DNA of 64,000 nucleotides from Cirrosporium novae-zelandiae (taxonomy: Eukaryota), in NCBI GenBank assembly GCA_026023565.1, contig JAPETS010000009.1, positions 310,001 to 374,000 of the forward strand. Reading direction: 5' to 3'. This document shows positions 39,612 through 52,713 of the stretch, piece by piece (the stretch's first letter is position 1; each line of letters opens with the position of its first letter). The notes under the pieces are model-generated. The model worked only from the letters and a program-made list of their open reading frames with translations. It did no database searches and was not told the DNA's origin. The position numbers were made by a program, and so were the translations under genes.

Positions 39612-40916
39612 GGGGGGTTATGTGTACACATGTATGTATGTATGTATATATGTGTGTTTGTATTATACAATCTCCTTTTTTTTTTTTTTTTTTAAAAAAA
39701 AATATATATATATACACCTATCTATCCATAAAACCAGAGCCAAAGCCAAAGCCAAAACCAGAAAAAGATATACTCCATTACACATACATACAAAAAAAAT
39801 TCTTTCTTTCTTTCTTATCCCAGAAAGCAGCTATTCATTTACGCCTCCTCCTCATCCAAATCAATATATCTATCTATCTATTTATCTATATCCCTAACAT
39901 CCTTAAACCACTTTATTATATCCATCCATCCTAATTAAATTAAATTAAATTATCCCACGTTTTTTTTTCTTTTTTTCTTTTTTTCTTTTTTTTTTTTGGT
40001 TAGAATTGGGTTTTAAAAGTTGGGTAGGGAAGAGAAGAGTGGTTTGTTTTGTTTTGGTTTAAAGGGTCTTTTAAATAGAGGAAGAAGACGAGAGAGAGAG
40101 AGAGAGGTGTGTGTGGGATTTCCTTTTTTTTTTTTTTTTGTTTTTGGGGTAGAGGGGGGGGAGGGGGGATCCGACTAATGAATTTGTAAAAGACTTTGTT
40201 TGGTTTGTTTTGTGTGGAGTAAGTATATGGATCTGGATCATCTTTTTTGGATTTTTTTTATTTATTTATTTATCCCACGGTTCTTTGAATTTGAATTCGA
40301 ATTTGGATATTCGACGGAAGTGGGAAATGGGAAATGGGGAATAAAACGTGGAGAGCTAGCTATTCTGTTTTAGTCTACGCAAGTATCCTATCTATCTATT
40401 TATCAATTGTGTATTTCATAACATTATCATTATTCTCCATTCCATTCCATTTCCATTTCCTGTTTCCTAATTCTTTCCTTCTGGTACTGGAAGCCCCCAA
40501 AAAAAGAAGAAGAAGAAGAAAAGGCGATCGTGTATCTCATATCCCATATCCCATAACTCCATCCACATCCCACATTCCACATCCATAAGCCCCAATAACG
40601 CCTTATTTTGCCTTTTATTTTTCACCGTTCTCGTGAATCGGTTAAGCCCAAGGAAGCCCAAAGAACCCCAAGTAAGGAAGTAAATAAGGGGCTTTTCTCC
40701 TGATCCTGATCCTGATCCTTTGGGGAGGTTTGGGGTTTTGGGTAGGCCAGTCCAGGAGAATAAACGCCGTATTTCTTGCTTGCCTGCCCGCCCGTCGGTC
40801 TGTCCTGAGTGTCCTGTGTGTCGTATATACATATACATATACATATATATACACCCAACCCCCCTCCCCAATACCCCTTTCAGATTATATTTTTTTTTCA
40901 TCTTCATTTTTTTTAT

Positions 40917-42044
40917 TTACTCCATATCCGGATCGTATAAATCCAAGTCCATGCCGTTCCACGGCTCGACCGGAGGGTTTTCTTGTGGAGGATGGTGAGG
41001 ATGATGAGAATGTCCGGCTGTGCTCTCGCGGCGTGGAAGCTGTTGCTGCTGGCCTGGGGCTGGGGCGCCGGTTGTGTTTGTTGGTGGTGGTGGTGGGGCA
41101 GTCGTATTAGCTTTTGTTTGGTCTCCGGCTGCTGCCGCGCTAGCCTGTCCCTCCCCCGGCGGATATTGTACCAGTCCCTGACTCGTCGCCAATGCGCTTC
41201 TCCTGATCATGTCGTCGCTGGGGTATGAAAGTTTTGGTCTTTCCGACATCTCTTTGAGCCATTGTTTCATGTCTTCGTCGAGGGTGTTGCGAGTGATGCT
41301 GTCAGAGGTTGGGAAGGGGTTGTGGGATAGGTCAAGATTGTTGCTATGAAGTCGGAAATCGGTCGTTATTGTTGTTGTTGTGTCTTGGGGTGGGGTTTTG
41401 GATGATAGTGCTGCTGCTGCTGGAGTGCCGGTTTCTGTCGCGGGGCGGGTTTTATCTTGGGCTTCGCCTTGGGTGTTGCCTTCGGATGCTACATCCGGAG
41501 GTTTTGGGGGCGCGTTCATGAACTTGCTGATGCGATTGGCATATTCTAATAATTCTCTGTATGGGACGCTTTTCGTCGAGGGCGGGAACTTGGTCGCTGG
41601 TGTAGCTAGCAGATCTTTGCGCACTTCAGATAGGGTTTCTAGAATGTTTTTTAGCTTGGCGTCATTCGCTTCGTATTCGCTGCGTAGAGAACGGATGCGT
41701 TCGACATTGGCTTGGTGTTTGTATACTAGATTCGAGGTGAGTTTTGTAGATATACCAAGGTGCTGTGGGATACAAAAGTATAGACATGTGGGGAACTTAC
41801 ACAAATCGAGGCCACGGCCTAAATCGTCATCTGCAGCGACCAGCTCCTCAGCAGCTTCGACAGAATATGTGCCTTGGACGACGCTGTCCATCAATTTGTT
41901 TACTTTCTCTTCCATAGTATCAAGCTTGGAGCGCATGATAGCATTGATACTTAAATTGCTTGGAGGTGGTAATGTCTCTTCTGGCTCCGAGTCGGACTCC
42001 AGGAATAATGGTTCTAGGTGGGAACCCATTTTGGTTTGAGACAT
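40917..42044 (-). CDS. MED4: Mediator subunit 4 (start codon uncertain)
   Basis: AEELVAADDDL..L-(75-nt intron 41800-41726)-YKHQAN..RI, VPYRELLEYANRISKF, YPSDDMIRRSAL, acidic DLDLYDPD end. Confidence 0.8.
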   Translation of the reverse strand: MSQTKMGSHLEPLFLESDSEPEETLPPPSNLSINAIMRSKLDTMEEKVNKLMDSVVQGTYSVEAAEELVAADDDLGRGLDLCKFPTCLYFCIPQHLGISTKLTSNLVYKHQANVERIRSLRSEYEANDAKLKNILETLSEVRKDLLATPATKFPPSTKSVPYRELLEYANRISKFMNAPPKPPDVASEGNTQGEAQDKTRPATETGTPAAAALSSKTPPQDTTTTITTDFRLHSNNLDLSHNPFPTSDSITRNTLDEDMKQWLKEMSERPKLSYPSDDMIRRSALATSQGLVQYPPGEGQASAAAAGDQTKANTTAPPPPPTNTTGAPAPGQQQQLPRRESTAGHSHHPHHPPQENPPVEPWNGMDLDLYDPDME

Positions 42045-42563
42045 AGGTAGAAATAAGTTTGGTGAAAAAGGTATATCTATTAGATAATTTGGTGGGAGGT
42101 GTACTTAAGTGGGGGAGGGGGTTTGAATAAGTTATCTCGGTAGTTGGATACAATGGTTTGTCCGGCTTCGCTGTCCTTACCGGCCGGCTGTTCAGATTAT
42201 GCCCAGCTCCATGTTACCTGTACCATTCGAATTTCGTTTGGTGTCTTTTCCTCTACTCCTGCTGGAGTAATAATCTCAGCATATCCTCCAGCTTTCCAGC
42301 TTTCCAGTTTTCCATCTTCTCCATCATATTCATTTTCCTGGAAAGTGTCCATCCTTACATCGTCGCTCATCTGCTCTTCAGATCCTATAATTAGCCAACC
42401 TTCCTTTCCCCAGACCTCAATGCGAACCTAAACAGATCTACCGAGGTGGCCGAGTTATAGCTAGCTCACTACGCTACCCAGTTTCTGCTTCTTCCCTTGA
42501 TGTAAGGAATCAAATTACACGACAGATAACGAACTTGATCTGATCGGCACCCACAATCCCACA

Positions 42564-44563
42564 ATGCGATTACAAACCGAATGCTGGCCAGGCGCCATTT
42601 CGTCCCTTCTCCTACTCCTACCCTCCTCTGCTTCCGCCTTCTACCTTCCCGGTGTTGCGCCTACATCCTACAAAGCTGGTGACCGAGTATCCTTGACTGT
42701 CAACCATCTTACTCCAGATCTTTCGCAAGATGACGCGCAGTTACACTCCGTCTTCTCGTTCGACTACTACCATCCGGCCTTCCGATTTTGTCGACCAGAG
42801 GGAGAACCAAAACATATCAGGGAATCCTTAGGGGGGATTCTCTTTGGCGACAGAATATTTACATCACCTTTTGAGCTATACATGGCCAAGAATGAGACTT
42901 GCAAGGCCGTCTGCACAGATGTAAAGAAGTTTGACCAACGGAGTGCCAAGTTTGTGAATAGGAGGATATGGCAGAATTACAATCTGAATTGGTTGATCGA
43001 TGGATTGCCGGCCGCGCAACTAATGACTGATTCTCAAACAAAGTCTGAATATTATTCTCCTGGATTCTTTCTCGGCTCCATCGAGAATCAGCAAGCAAGA
43101 TTGAACAATCACTATGACATTTTGATTGACTACCATAAAGTTTATGGGGCAGAAAATCAGCTGAGGGTTGTTGGAGTGAGGGTCCAGCCTTCATCTAGAA
43201 AGGACTCCAAGATTCTTGAAGATGGGGCTGTCGAATGCGGCGACGCGAGTGGAAATAGTCCTTTGGTTCTGAATGAAAATGGAGAAACCCCTGTCACCTG
43301 GACCTATAGTGTCTACTGGATTCCTTCGAAAACAGCCTGGGCTACTAGGTGGGATAAATATTTACATGTTTTCGATCCCCGCATCCACTGGTTCTCTTTG
43401 GTAAACTCCGCCATCATTGTCGTATTCCTTAGCGCCTTGGTCAGCACTGTCCTTCTCCGCGCCCTAAGAAAAGATATTGCGAGATACAACCGCCTGGACT
43501 CATATAGCCTGGATGATTTAAACGGTACCTCGGTAGTTGAGGATGGAGTGCAAGAAGATTCTGGCTGGAAATTAGTACATGGAGATGTCTTCCGCAGTCC
43601 AAAGCACCCCTTGCTTCTCAGTGTTTTGTTGGGAAATGGCGCTCAGCTTTTTATGATGATTGCCGTTACAATATTCTTTGCGCTTCTCGGGTTCCTTTCA
43701 CCATCGAACCGTGGCTCTCTTGGTACGGCTACCATTCTCCTCTACGCTCTATTCGGGTTCATAGGGGGTTATGTGTCTGCCCGCGTATATAAAACATTTG
43801 GAGGAGAGGCTTGGAAACGCAACATTGTTATGACTCCAATAATGATACCTGGTGTCGTCTTTGGAACGTTTTTCCTTATGAATCTGTTCCTTTGGGCAAA
43901 GGAATCAAGTGGGGCTGTTCCTTTTTCAACAATGCTAGTCATCATAATGATCTGGTTTGTCATATCCGTGCCGCTTAGTGTCGCTGGCAGCTGGTTCGGT
44001 TTCAAACAACCAGTAGGCAACCCATGATCCCAATGACATTCTTCCACTAACATTACTAGGCTGTCGAACCTCCTGTCCGTGTGAACCAAATACCTCGGCA
44101 AATTCCTCCCAGTCCTACATCCCTACGTCCTCTACCATCCCTACTCCTTGCCGGAATTCTCCCATTCGGCGCCATCTTCGTGGAACTTTATTTTATCCTT
44201 TCCTCCATCTGGTTCTCTAAATTCTACTACATGTTTGGCTTCCTTTTCATCTGCTATGGCCTCATGATAATCACCTGTGCCACCACCACCATCCTTCTCG
44301 TGTACTTTCTGCTATGTGCGGAGAACTACAGATGGCAGTGGAGAGCGTTTGCTGGCGCTGGCGCAAGTGGTCTTTACGTGCTACTCAATGCAATTCTATT
44401 CTGGATGACCCGATTGAAATTTGGCGGGTTTGTTAGTGGCGTATTGTATATTGGCTACAGCGCCCTTATCAGTTTCTTATTTTTCATTTTGACGGGTACG
44501 ATTGGGTTCTTTGCGAGCTGGGGATTCGTCCATAAAATCTACAAGGCCATCAAAATTGATTGA
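42564..44563 (+). CDS. EMP70: Transmembrane 9 superfamily (nonaspanin) protein, 2 exons
   Basis: AFYLPGVAP, WATRWDKYL, IHWFSLVNS, EDSGWKLVHGDVFR, NQIPRQIP, IYKAIKID. Intron ~44013-44059. Confidence 0.93.
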
Positions 44564-45146
44564 GGCTTGTGCAATGCACAACAACGCGGTGCCGAAGCGA
44601 AGCGAACGCTCTCCCTAGTGGGCAAAGGGGAAGAAGAGAAGAAAAGAAAAGGCTGGGCCGGATTCCATATCCTCTTTTTTTTTCTATTTCCGATTCTAAT
44701 GTTAGAGGTTGAAAAGGAAGAAGGGTTGTGAGGAACTGATTGTATTACATGCTCCATTAACATTTTCACTGCTTACTTTCTAAGGGGGGGGAGGCTAGGT
44801 AGGGGACAGTGGACAGGCAGAGAACCAATGGATGGAGTCTGTCGGTTGCGCGTTCGTGGTAGCTTTTTTTGAAATGGCCATTTGTAGTTTTAGACAGGGA
44901 AATCATTCAATGGGATAGAGAAAGAAATGAAACAGGGAAAGCCAGACGCCAAATATTGTTCAACCTATTCATGGCATGATAGAAGTTCTTGGTTGAATGT
45001 AGACGATGGCTTCTTCGCGGTACCTGTACATGAAAATGGCAGGAGCTGGATGGAGGCTATATAAAGTCTTCTGTATAAAGTCTTCTGTTTCCAATTTCTG
45101 TCAAGCAAGCTGCAACCAAGTACAATAACACAATAACCGTTTCAAT

Positions 45147-45908
45147 ATGGATACCAACCGGAAGGAAACCAGAGAGGTTTACGACGTTTGTTTAAACACG
45201 GCTTGGATCGATGAAAGTCTTATTATCAGGGCACGTCACTTGAAACAACAGCTGATCGAAGTGGAAGGCTTGCTCCATGATTATAGAATCGGATTTAACG
45301 AGACGCATAACAAGATATTAGCCGGTCAGTTTAAACCTGATAGCACTTCCTGGAGATTCTTGACACAGCCAGTATACCGAGACTTCATCTTAACATAGGC
45401 TCTAACAGCGCATCCAGAACTGATCGATGCCAAATATGAGGATAGCAATCAATTTCCAGTTTATCAGCAAATATCCCAGCTTTACTATCCACGAGCCAAT
45501 GCCATATATAAAGGCCTCTGCCAAGTCCTCCCTGACGTACATCAAGAGATCAAGGCGATCAGCTTCCTTGCGCCTAACTTATGGCGGATACCCGAGGTGT
45601 GGGAAATAAGTCTTGTCCATGAATTATTCTGGATATGCCAAAGCTATCGCCATCATCATGCCGATGAGGAGATTGTTCATTTAATTTGGGATTTGGATGA
45701 TTATTCGCGCATCGAGAACTGGATTAATATATGCCGCCTGGTGATAACTCAAGCTGACGACATCATCGACCAGGCATTAGCAAAACGTGAAGGATATCAT
45801 GGTCTACGTTGCAGGTACCTGGTCGCGCGAAGTCTTCAAAGAACCAACGCAATAACAATGGGCAGCAAATATAACGGGGAAAGTCAAGAAGAAGGGGTTG
45901 GTGGTTAG
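45147..45908 (+). CDS. Hypothetical protein, probably 2 exons
   Basis: Two ORF-track segments in the same frame. Intron 45325-45408 (GTCAGT..TTAAC..CAG) removes the TAG and keeps the frame. TATAAA upstream. Confidence 0.45.
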
Positions 45909-46433
45909 ATGTTGGCAATGCGTTCAAGTAAGAGCACATGTCTCACTGGAGATTGGGGGTGGGATGTGTTTCTACGAGTAGGTATTAGAAGAGGTTTTTG
46001 TAGTTATTAGCAGGCCTCGGGGGGGGTCTATCAGATATTTAATGGTTAGTGGTCCGAGACTTGCGGATCAAAGATAGAAAATGGATAAGATTGATAGGCC
46101 TGATATCAGCTGCCCCAGTCAAATTGGCGAACCACAGCCTCTCTCTTCAGGCACGTTTTCGCCAATTTCCATATTCATTATATTGAAGTCCATATCTGGT
46201 CAACTTTTTTGTTTAGTTGACCATCAGATCATTGATCCATTAATCAATTGACGACATTATGGAAATTATTCCAAGAGAAATGGTGCATATAAATTCTCCA
46301 TCCATTGCCCCTCTTGATATGTGGTCTTGCCTAGGATTCTCTCCAGGATCTCCCATGCAATAGCCTCTCTATTGCTTATCTTTTTTATTCTTTGTCAAAT
46401 CCGTTCATTCTAAATCCGTGCATGCCGTTAACC

Positions 46434-48234
46434 ATGCATTTCACTCTTTTTTATCTGATGGTGCTCGGTGCCAGTGCTCTAGATCCGTTGAAATCTGTTG
46501 GTGGAAACTCGCCATGGTTCCAAGGTATATATATATGTCCGAGCGGCTACTGGAACCCACAGAGATAATATTAATGTCAAATAGGACCAAATGTATATAA
46601 CATTCCTGACAAGACTCCCGAGGGCTGTTCAGTCGAACAGGCTACATTCGTTTCTCGACATGGAAGCCGATATCCAGATCCAGGTGCTTATAGTGAATGG
46701 ACGACTCTTAGCGAAAAGGTATTGATCATATTTCCTTTATCATGTTCTCTCCTTGGAAGAAAAGATCTCTACTCTTCTACATCCACTTTCGTTGGACTCT
46801 TAGGATTAGAACAAACATGGCTTTCCTTGGTATGATATATCGAACTATGTTGAATAACAAACCCCGACCTACTTTTAGATCCATAGCGCAAGCTTCACGG
46901 CCAACGGCTCCCTCTCTTTTATTAAGGACTGGGAACCAGTGCTATCATATCCAGACCAACAAATCTCCGAAATATCAATCGGAGGCTACAAAGAACTATA
47001 CGACATGGGCGTCGCCTTCCGCTGGCGCTATCCTGATTTCTACAAAGACAATTCCAATTTCACCATGTGGTCCAACCTGTACGCAGCAGCACCACGCGTA
47101 ATCGAATCTGCCCAGTAAGTCTCTCTCATCCCCCAACCCACAACTCAAACACACACACACACCCTAAACTTGTTACCCCAGACTCTTTGCCCGAGGCTAC
47201 ATGGGCCCCAACTCCAGCTACGGCAGCATCTACGTCATAAACTCCACAGACGAGCGCTCCCTCGCAAACTCCCTCGCCGCATCCGACCTCTGCAACACCT
47301 ACAAAGACAATTCCGGATCCCCTTATACCACCACCTGGGGCGACATGTACCTACCCCCCATCACCAAACGACTCAACAAGCTCCTCACGGGGAACTTAAC
47401 TTTCGACGACTCCGACGTCTCCATCTTCCCTTACCTCTGCGGCTTCGAGACTCAGATCACGGGCTCCACGTCCCCCTGGTGTAGCGTCTTCACGGACTCG
47501 GAACTCAGGAATTATGAGTACTATCAGGATCTGAGGTACTGGTATGGTAGTGGACCTGGGGCGTTTAAGAATGATACGGTTATGCTTCCGCTTCTTGAGG
47601 CGATTGTGAAGCGGTTCCAGGACGGACCGAATAAGACGTATACCAGTAGCGACAATACCACGTTCACACCTCCCAAACTCACAGCCATGTTTACAAACGA
47701 CGGTCAAGTCAACCAGCTCGTTTCGGTCTCGGGGATTTTCGATAACCAAACCGCCCTCCCAGCTACCAGAATCCCAGATAACCAAGTAAGTCTCCCCTGC
47801 CTCCACTCTCTCTCTCTCTCTCATCCCCAACTAAATTTACCTTTACTTACTTACCCCTCTCCTTATTCTAGCTCTACATAGCCTCCCACATCGTCCCCAT
47901 GAAAGGTTTCATCCTCTTCGAAAAGCTCTCCTGTCCTTCCTCCTCCACCACCACCAATTCCACCACCCCCGAAAAATACATCCGCATCCTCCTAAACAAC
48001 GCAATCTACCCCCTCCCCACCTGCAGTTCCGGCCCGGGACAATCCTGCCCCCTATCCCAATACGCAAAACTTGTATCCCAGAAAAGGAAAACGGCTGGTA
48101 GCTTTGTGGATATTTGTGAAGTTGAGGAGGATGTTGTTGAGGAGGCGGATAGATGGGATGGGGGCAGTGAGGGGGAGAAGAGTACTTTTTTGGAGGATTT
48201 GGGATTGCCGTTTGAATGGGTTGTTAAGCCTTAA
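46434..48234 (+). CDS. Secreted histidine acid phosphatase / phytase-like protein, multi-exon
   Basis: Signal MHFTLFYLMVLGASA, GGNSPWF, CSVEQATFVSRHGSRYP, YLCGFETQI, CSSGPGQSCPL. Confidence 0.88.
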
Positions 48235-49780
48235 GGTGTAAGGGTGGGATGGGGGAAGGGAGGAGGAGAGGGGGAGGGGAGGGATTTCTGAATGCTGGTG
48301 TGCGATTCCCCTAGAAGAAATTCATTAGTTAAAGAAGGTTTAGGATTGAAAGGACCAGGAAGGGCTAGGAATGGGTGGGGTGGGGTGGGGATAATATGTA
48401 TGTATGTATAACATGTATAACATGTATATAGTTGTATAGTTGTGTAGTGGAGAGGGTATTCAATCCCCCCCTCCCCCCTCTTAGTAGTGATCAAAGCTAA
48501 GCTACGCTAACTTAACCTACGCTACGAGCTCAAAAGAATTTAACCTCTCTCTGTCTCAACAATCTCACCCTTCTCCCTCCACATCCAAACATACACACAT
48601 ACACACACACACATTTCTAACCCTAGGATAGTGAGGTGGAGTAAATGTTGTTCCGCTGTCAACAATAATATTTTATTTTATATAATGTTTTTTATTTATT
48701 TATTTTATCTGTATGGTATAGTGGTTTAGGTGAAGTGAGAGGAGGTGGGATGGAGTTTTACATCACCATCAATAAATACCAATACTTATTCTACATCCTA
48801 TATCCAACATCTCTCCTACTGGTTCCGCACAATAGTCATAGTTATATTCATAGTCATGGTTCAGTTTTAATCAATTTCAATTTTATTTCATTGTTTGTTT
48901 GCTTGTCTGCTTTTTTGCTAATCTAGTGGCTGGGTAAGAGGGGAAGGAAAGGGGGGGGGGGGCGCATATTTGCTCCTACTAACCTCCCTAGGTAATCTGC
49001 CTGCCTACCTAGATAAGCAGAACAACACAGGACAAAGACAGTACAAGGACTAAACTAAACTGAAGACATGTAAGGTCGTTCGCTGGTGCTTGCTGGTATG
49101 GTACTCGCTGGTTCCCATTTTTGCCCATTGTGCTCTGTGAACATGTGAAGTTGTGGACACATAGGGTGAGCACATAGGGTACTTTAGGTACAGGTTATGC
49201 CAAAGCAACAGGTATGCATGTAGAGCATAAAAGAACATGATAAGTCGTAGCCCGATTGATTGGTTGGTTTGCGGCTGTAACATGAGAGAGATACAACAAG
49301 AAACTTGGTGCTATCCATCATCTTCATTATCCTGTCCATCATCTGTCTGTATCCATACTTATTAAAAAAAAAAACAAAAAAAGAAAGGAAAGTAAAGGAA
49401 AATCTTTTTGTTGTTATTGTTGGGCTTTGTAAGGGAAGGGGATTGATGATTGTGCGTTTGAGCTTGTTGGGGTTTTTCTCTCCTTATCTATCCATCCATC
49501 CATCCATACATCCCGTCAGCCGGTATTTTGTCGTGTTCGTGCTGGAAAGAAGCAGGAAACAGTAATCGAATTTTGAAAGAAAAGTTTTTTTTATGGTTGT
49601 GGACCGTGGCATATTTTCTTGAAGACGAGGCTGTACAGACAAGGCAGGCGGACGGAAAAACGGACAGACAAACAGAAAAGTTGATAGAAAAGTGTTGCGT
49701 CTGATATGAACATTGAGGACGTTTTTATACGAATTTGTTGGTGTCCTGTTTCCTTTGTATCATATCCAAGCACGCGTTAT

Positions 49781-52163
49781 TTATTCCTCCTGTGGTAAAT
49801 CTTCCAGCAAATGATGTGGCACTGGTGCAAACCAAGTATCAAATACCGCAAGTCCGATGGTATCTATTTCGCTGTCATCATCGATAGGTATTGCCAGTCC
49901 CAGTCCTGGTTCAAAGAAATGGATTTCTTCGGATGCGGAAGCACCAGAAGAAGATTCAGAATATGGCTGAGATTCTCGAAGAATTTCTTTGAACGGGCTT
50001 GAAGGCCGAGAGGGAATTGCATCCAAACATGCTGTCATGTGCCGTCTCACAGCCCTTTTGGCCTTGGAGATATCTGTTAACAACTCTTCGTGTTGTTGGA
50101 AAAGAGAGGATCTTTCGATATTGGTGTCGCGCATACTTTGGAGGATGGCGTTAGGTTGGTCGCTGATAGCTGCTTCCATAAGAAGGTTCAGTTGTTCTTT
50201 GCGTTCGAGCAAAGGAACAAGGATTGGAGGGACAGCAATGCCATTGAGATAGCGGAAATCTGGGGAATAGCCAGCTTTCTCCATGCGATCAACCGAGGAT
50301 TGGGGGCGTGGCGGATTCATGCGGAGCGGGTTTAGCCTCGGTTGGTGGTATATATCGGTGGTTGTAAGCGTTGTGGAAGTGTGGATGTGGCGTTGTAGTT
50401 TTGGTGGCAGGAAATCAATTTTCGGATAGAGTTCTTGTCGAGACAATGCTTTTTCATGGCCATATGAACTCTCATCGGATTTTTCACCAGTTGGGGTTGC
50501 TGATTGTGATCCAAAGGTGGCTGCCAAAAGTCCATCACCCAAGCTGGTATTGGCATCCTCTTTCATAGAAGTAGAAGATTCCTTGTTTCGCTTAGTTTCT
50601 GCATGAAGATGATTGCGATTGGTGTCACACTGGTCCCGAATAGACTGGAGCGAGATTTTACCAGTCTCATGCTCGTGTTGTTCATGTAAAATATCAGCGT
50701 CAATCCTATCATTGCTGTCTGCTGACAAAACAGATTTGCCAGCGGATTTTCCCACTGGAGATTTAATGATTCGTTTTAAAGCGGCTTCCCTTTCTGCGCG
50801 CAGATATGTCAAAGCCGGAGCCCCTACCAAGGCATTTAGGATGCCAGTTTTCTCTACTTTAGTGATGGTATTCAGAACAACCGAACTCTGGTATTTCTGG
50901 ATATCTCGTATCTTCGTAAGGTCTTTTCTTAATTGGTTGCATTCCCATTTGAGATTATCAATTGTAGTGTCTTGACAGGAGACCCTCTCGGCGAGTAATT
51001 GAGACTCTAAGGAGGATACATAGGGAGAAGACAGTGGGTGAGTGACGTTGTCATTAACTGCCACTTTGGTTAATTCTTCCACTTGTGCCTTCATCTTTCG
51101 GCATTCTTCATGGAGAGCCAAATAATCAGCCGTAGTAGTATCGTCACTTGATACTTTGCCGAAGACTCCGATGGCTTCTAGAACCTGGTTATACCCTCTC
51201 AAGTCTTCATTTTCTTTTCGGGCATTGGAACTTGAAGTACCATGGCTCGGCATTTCCTCATAGTTCTTTGTGGAGGCACCCCGTAGGAAATGACGATCAG
51301 ATTGGTCATGTTGACTAAAAGTCCCATTCTCCGAATTTGAGTCATCGGAGTATGTGACCGAAGAAGTAGGGGTAAGAATATCTTGTTCGTCTGAGTCTGA
51401 AGGCTCTGTAATAATAATTTTTGGTTAAATCAGCATCCTGTTGAGACAAAAGGAAAAAAGGGGAAGTGGGAATAATATTAGGGCATTGGTGATTGGCTCG
51501 CTTGCGATATTAAGAGAACTTACGGATTGATTGATTTTCCTTTTCCATCGCCCTCCCTTTGCCTTTGATCATGTTAGATTCACTTGCACCTGCTTGACAA
51601 TCCTGTTCGCTGTTGTTGTTTTCAACTGTAGCCGTCTCTTTTCCGTCTTTTTCATTGTTTACATTCTCTTGAAGAACGAAATCTCGAAAAGACGAGGATA
51701 TTTCAATAGTCAAGTCTATGAGATCTGCCGGCAATGCTGTCGACAGACATAGTGAACAACCGTAACTGTCATCATCAAAGTCATGTCCATGCTTCTTTGA
51801 GAAATTCTGTTTGAGCAAGATAGCATGAACAATCTTTTTACGCATTTGCTCAAGAAATTTGCATTTGCTGTGTCTGCCAAGCTGATTGTATTCAGCGGCA
51901 CAGAAGTTTATCAAGCCGGTATAACCTTGCCTCCAGTATTTCAAAGGCTCCACTGCTTGCGGAGCTACGTGGGCTGTGAGCAGATTTGCAACGACCTGCT
52001 CGTAAAGTGAAAGGCCAGGACTAGTAAGTAGCTGGAAACAAGTATTCGTTGCATCTTCCGAGGAGTCAGTTGTGGTTGACAGGAAAGCCTGCAAACCATT
52101 AATAACGTGAAGATGAAACCAAATGAATGGATCTTGGATTACCTGCTGGATATGGGATTTCAT
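49781..52163 (-). CDS. Hypothetical ~750-aa protein with coiled-coil segments, 2 exons
   Basis: Intron 51523-51406 (GTAAGT..TACAG) joins the 217-aa and 490-aa ORFs in frame. No family recognised. Confidence 0.6.
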
Positions 52164-52242
52164 TTTTATGTCTATCCGGAGACGTTAGGATAACGAATGA
52201 AAAAAGGTAAGACAAAACGGTCGAATGTTGAGAGGACTGGTA

Positions 52243-52356
52243 AGGTATTAAGGTCGAAGAACCGATAAAATATTCAGTTCGGAGAAGTGATGAAGTGTTC
52301 AGGTCGGAGGAGTAATGAAATATTCAGGTCGAAGGACTGATGAAGTAGTCAAGTCG
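52243..52356. repeat. Degenerate 25-bp tandem repeat, ~4.5 copies
   Basis: Units AAATATTCAGTTCGGAGAAGTGATG / AAGTGTTCAGGTCGGAGGAGTAATG / AAATATTCAGGTCGAAGGACTGATG, etc. Confidence 0.8.
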
Positions 52357-52713
52357 ATATTTCGCTCACGAGCATAAATAAATGAATGTTGGTTCGACGA
52401 AGCAGCAACTTCATGTCTTGGTTTAACGCAGGTTAACTAGAAGTCACCATAAACAGTTGGCTAGGCTTTCGGAGACTGGCTGAATCAGCGACCAAAGGAG
52501 GTGGTTTACAACTCTTCAACACAACTGAGCTCTAGCATCGACTTTCGGTGTAGCATTTCTCATTCACCTTATCCCCTTTCTCGTCCTTTATTTCGATCTT
52601 CTCGAACCAGCCCCCCTTTCATTTATCCTGGCAAAGCTGCTGTATCTTCATTCGCAGCATTATTTTCAACGTCATCTAATCACTTACTCAAGCCGTGAAC
52701 CTCCGTTCTAATT

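Noticed and set aside
39620..40900. Short ORFs in low-complexity intergenic DNA (also 1.8-3.9 kb and 55.3-58.9 kb)
   Set aside because: They translate microsatellites and homopolymers and have no protein-like motifs.
45396..45398. Apparent premature TAG suggesting a pseudogene
   Set aside because: A plausible 84-nt intron (45325-45408) removes it in frame.
52243..52356. CRISPR-like periodicity
   Set aside because: Contiguous degenerate units with no unique spacers, no cas genes, eukaryotic context.
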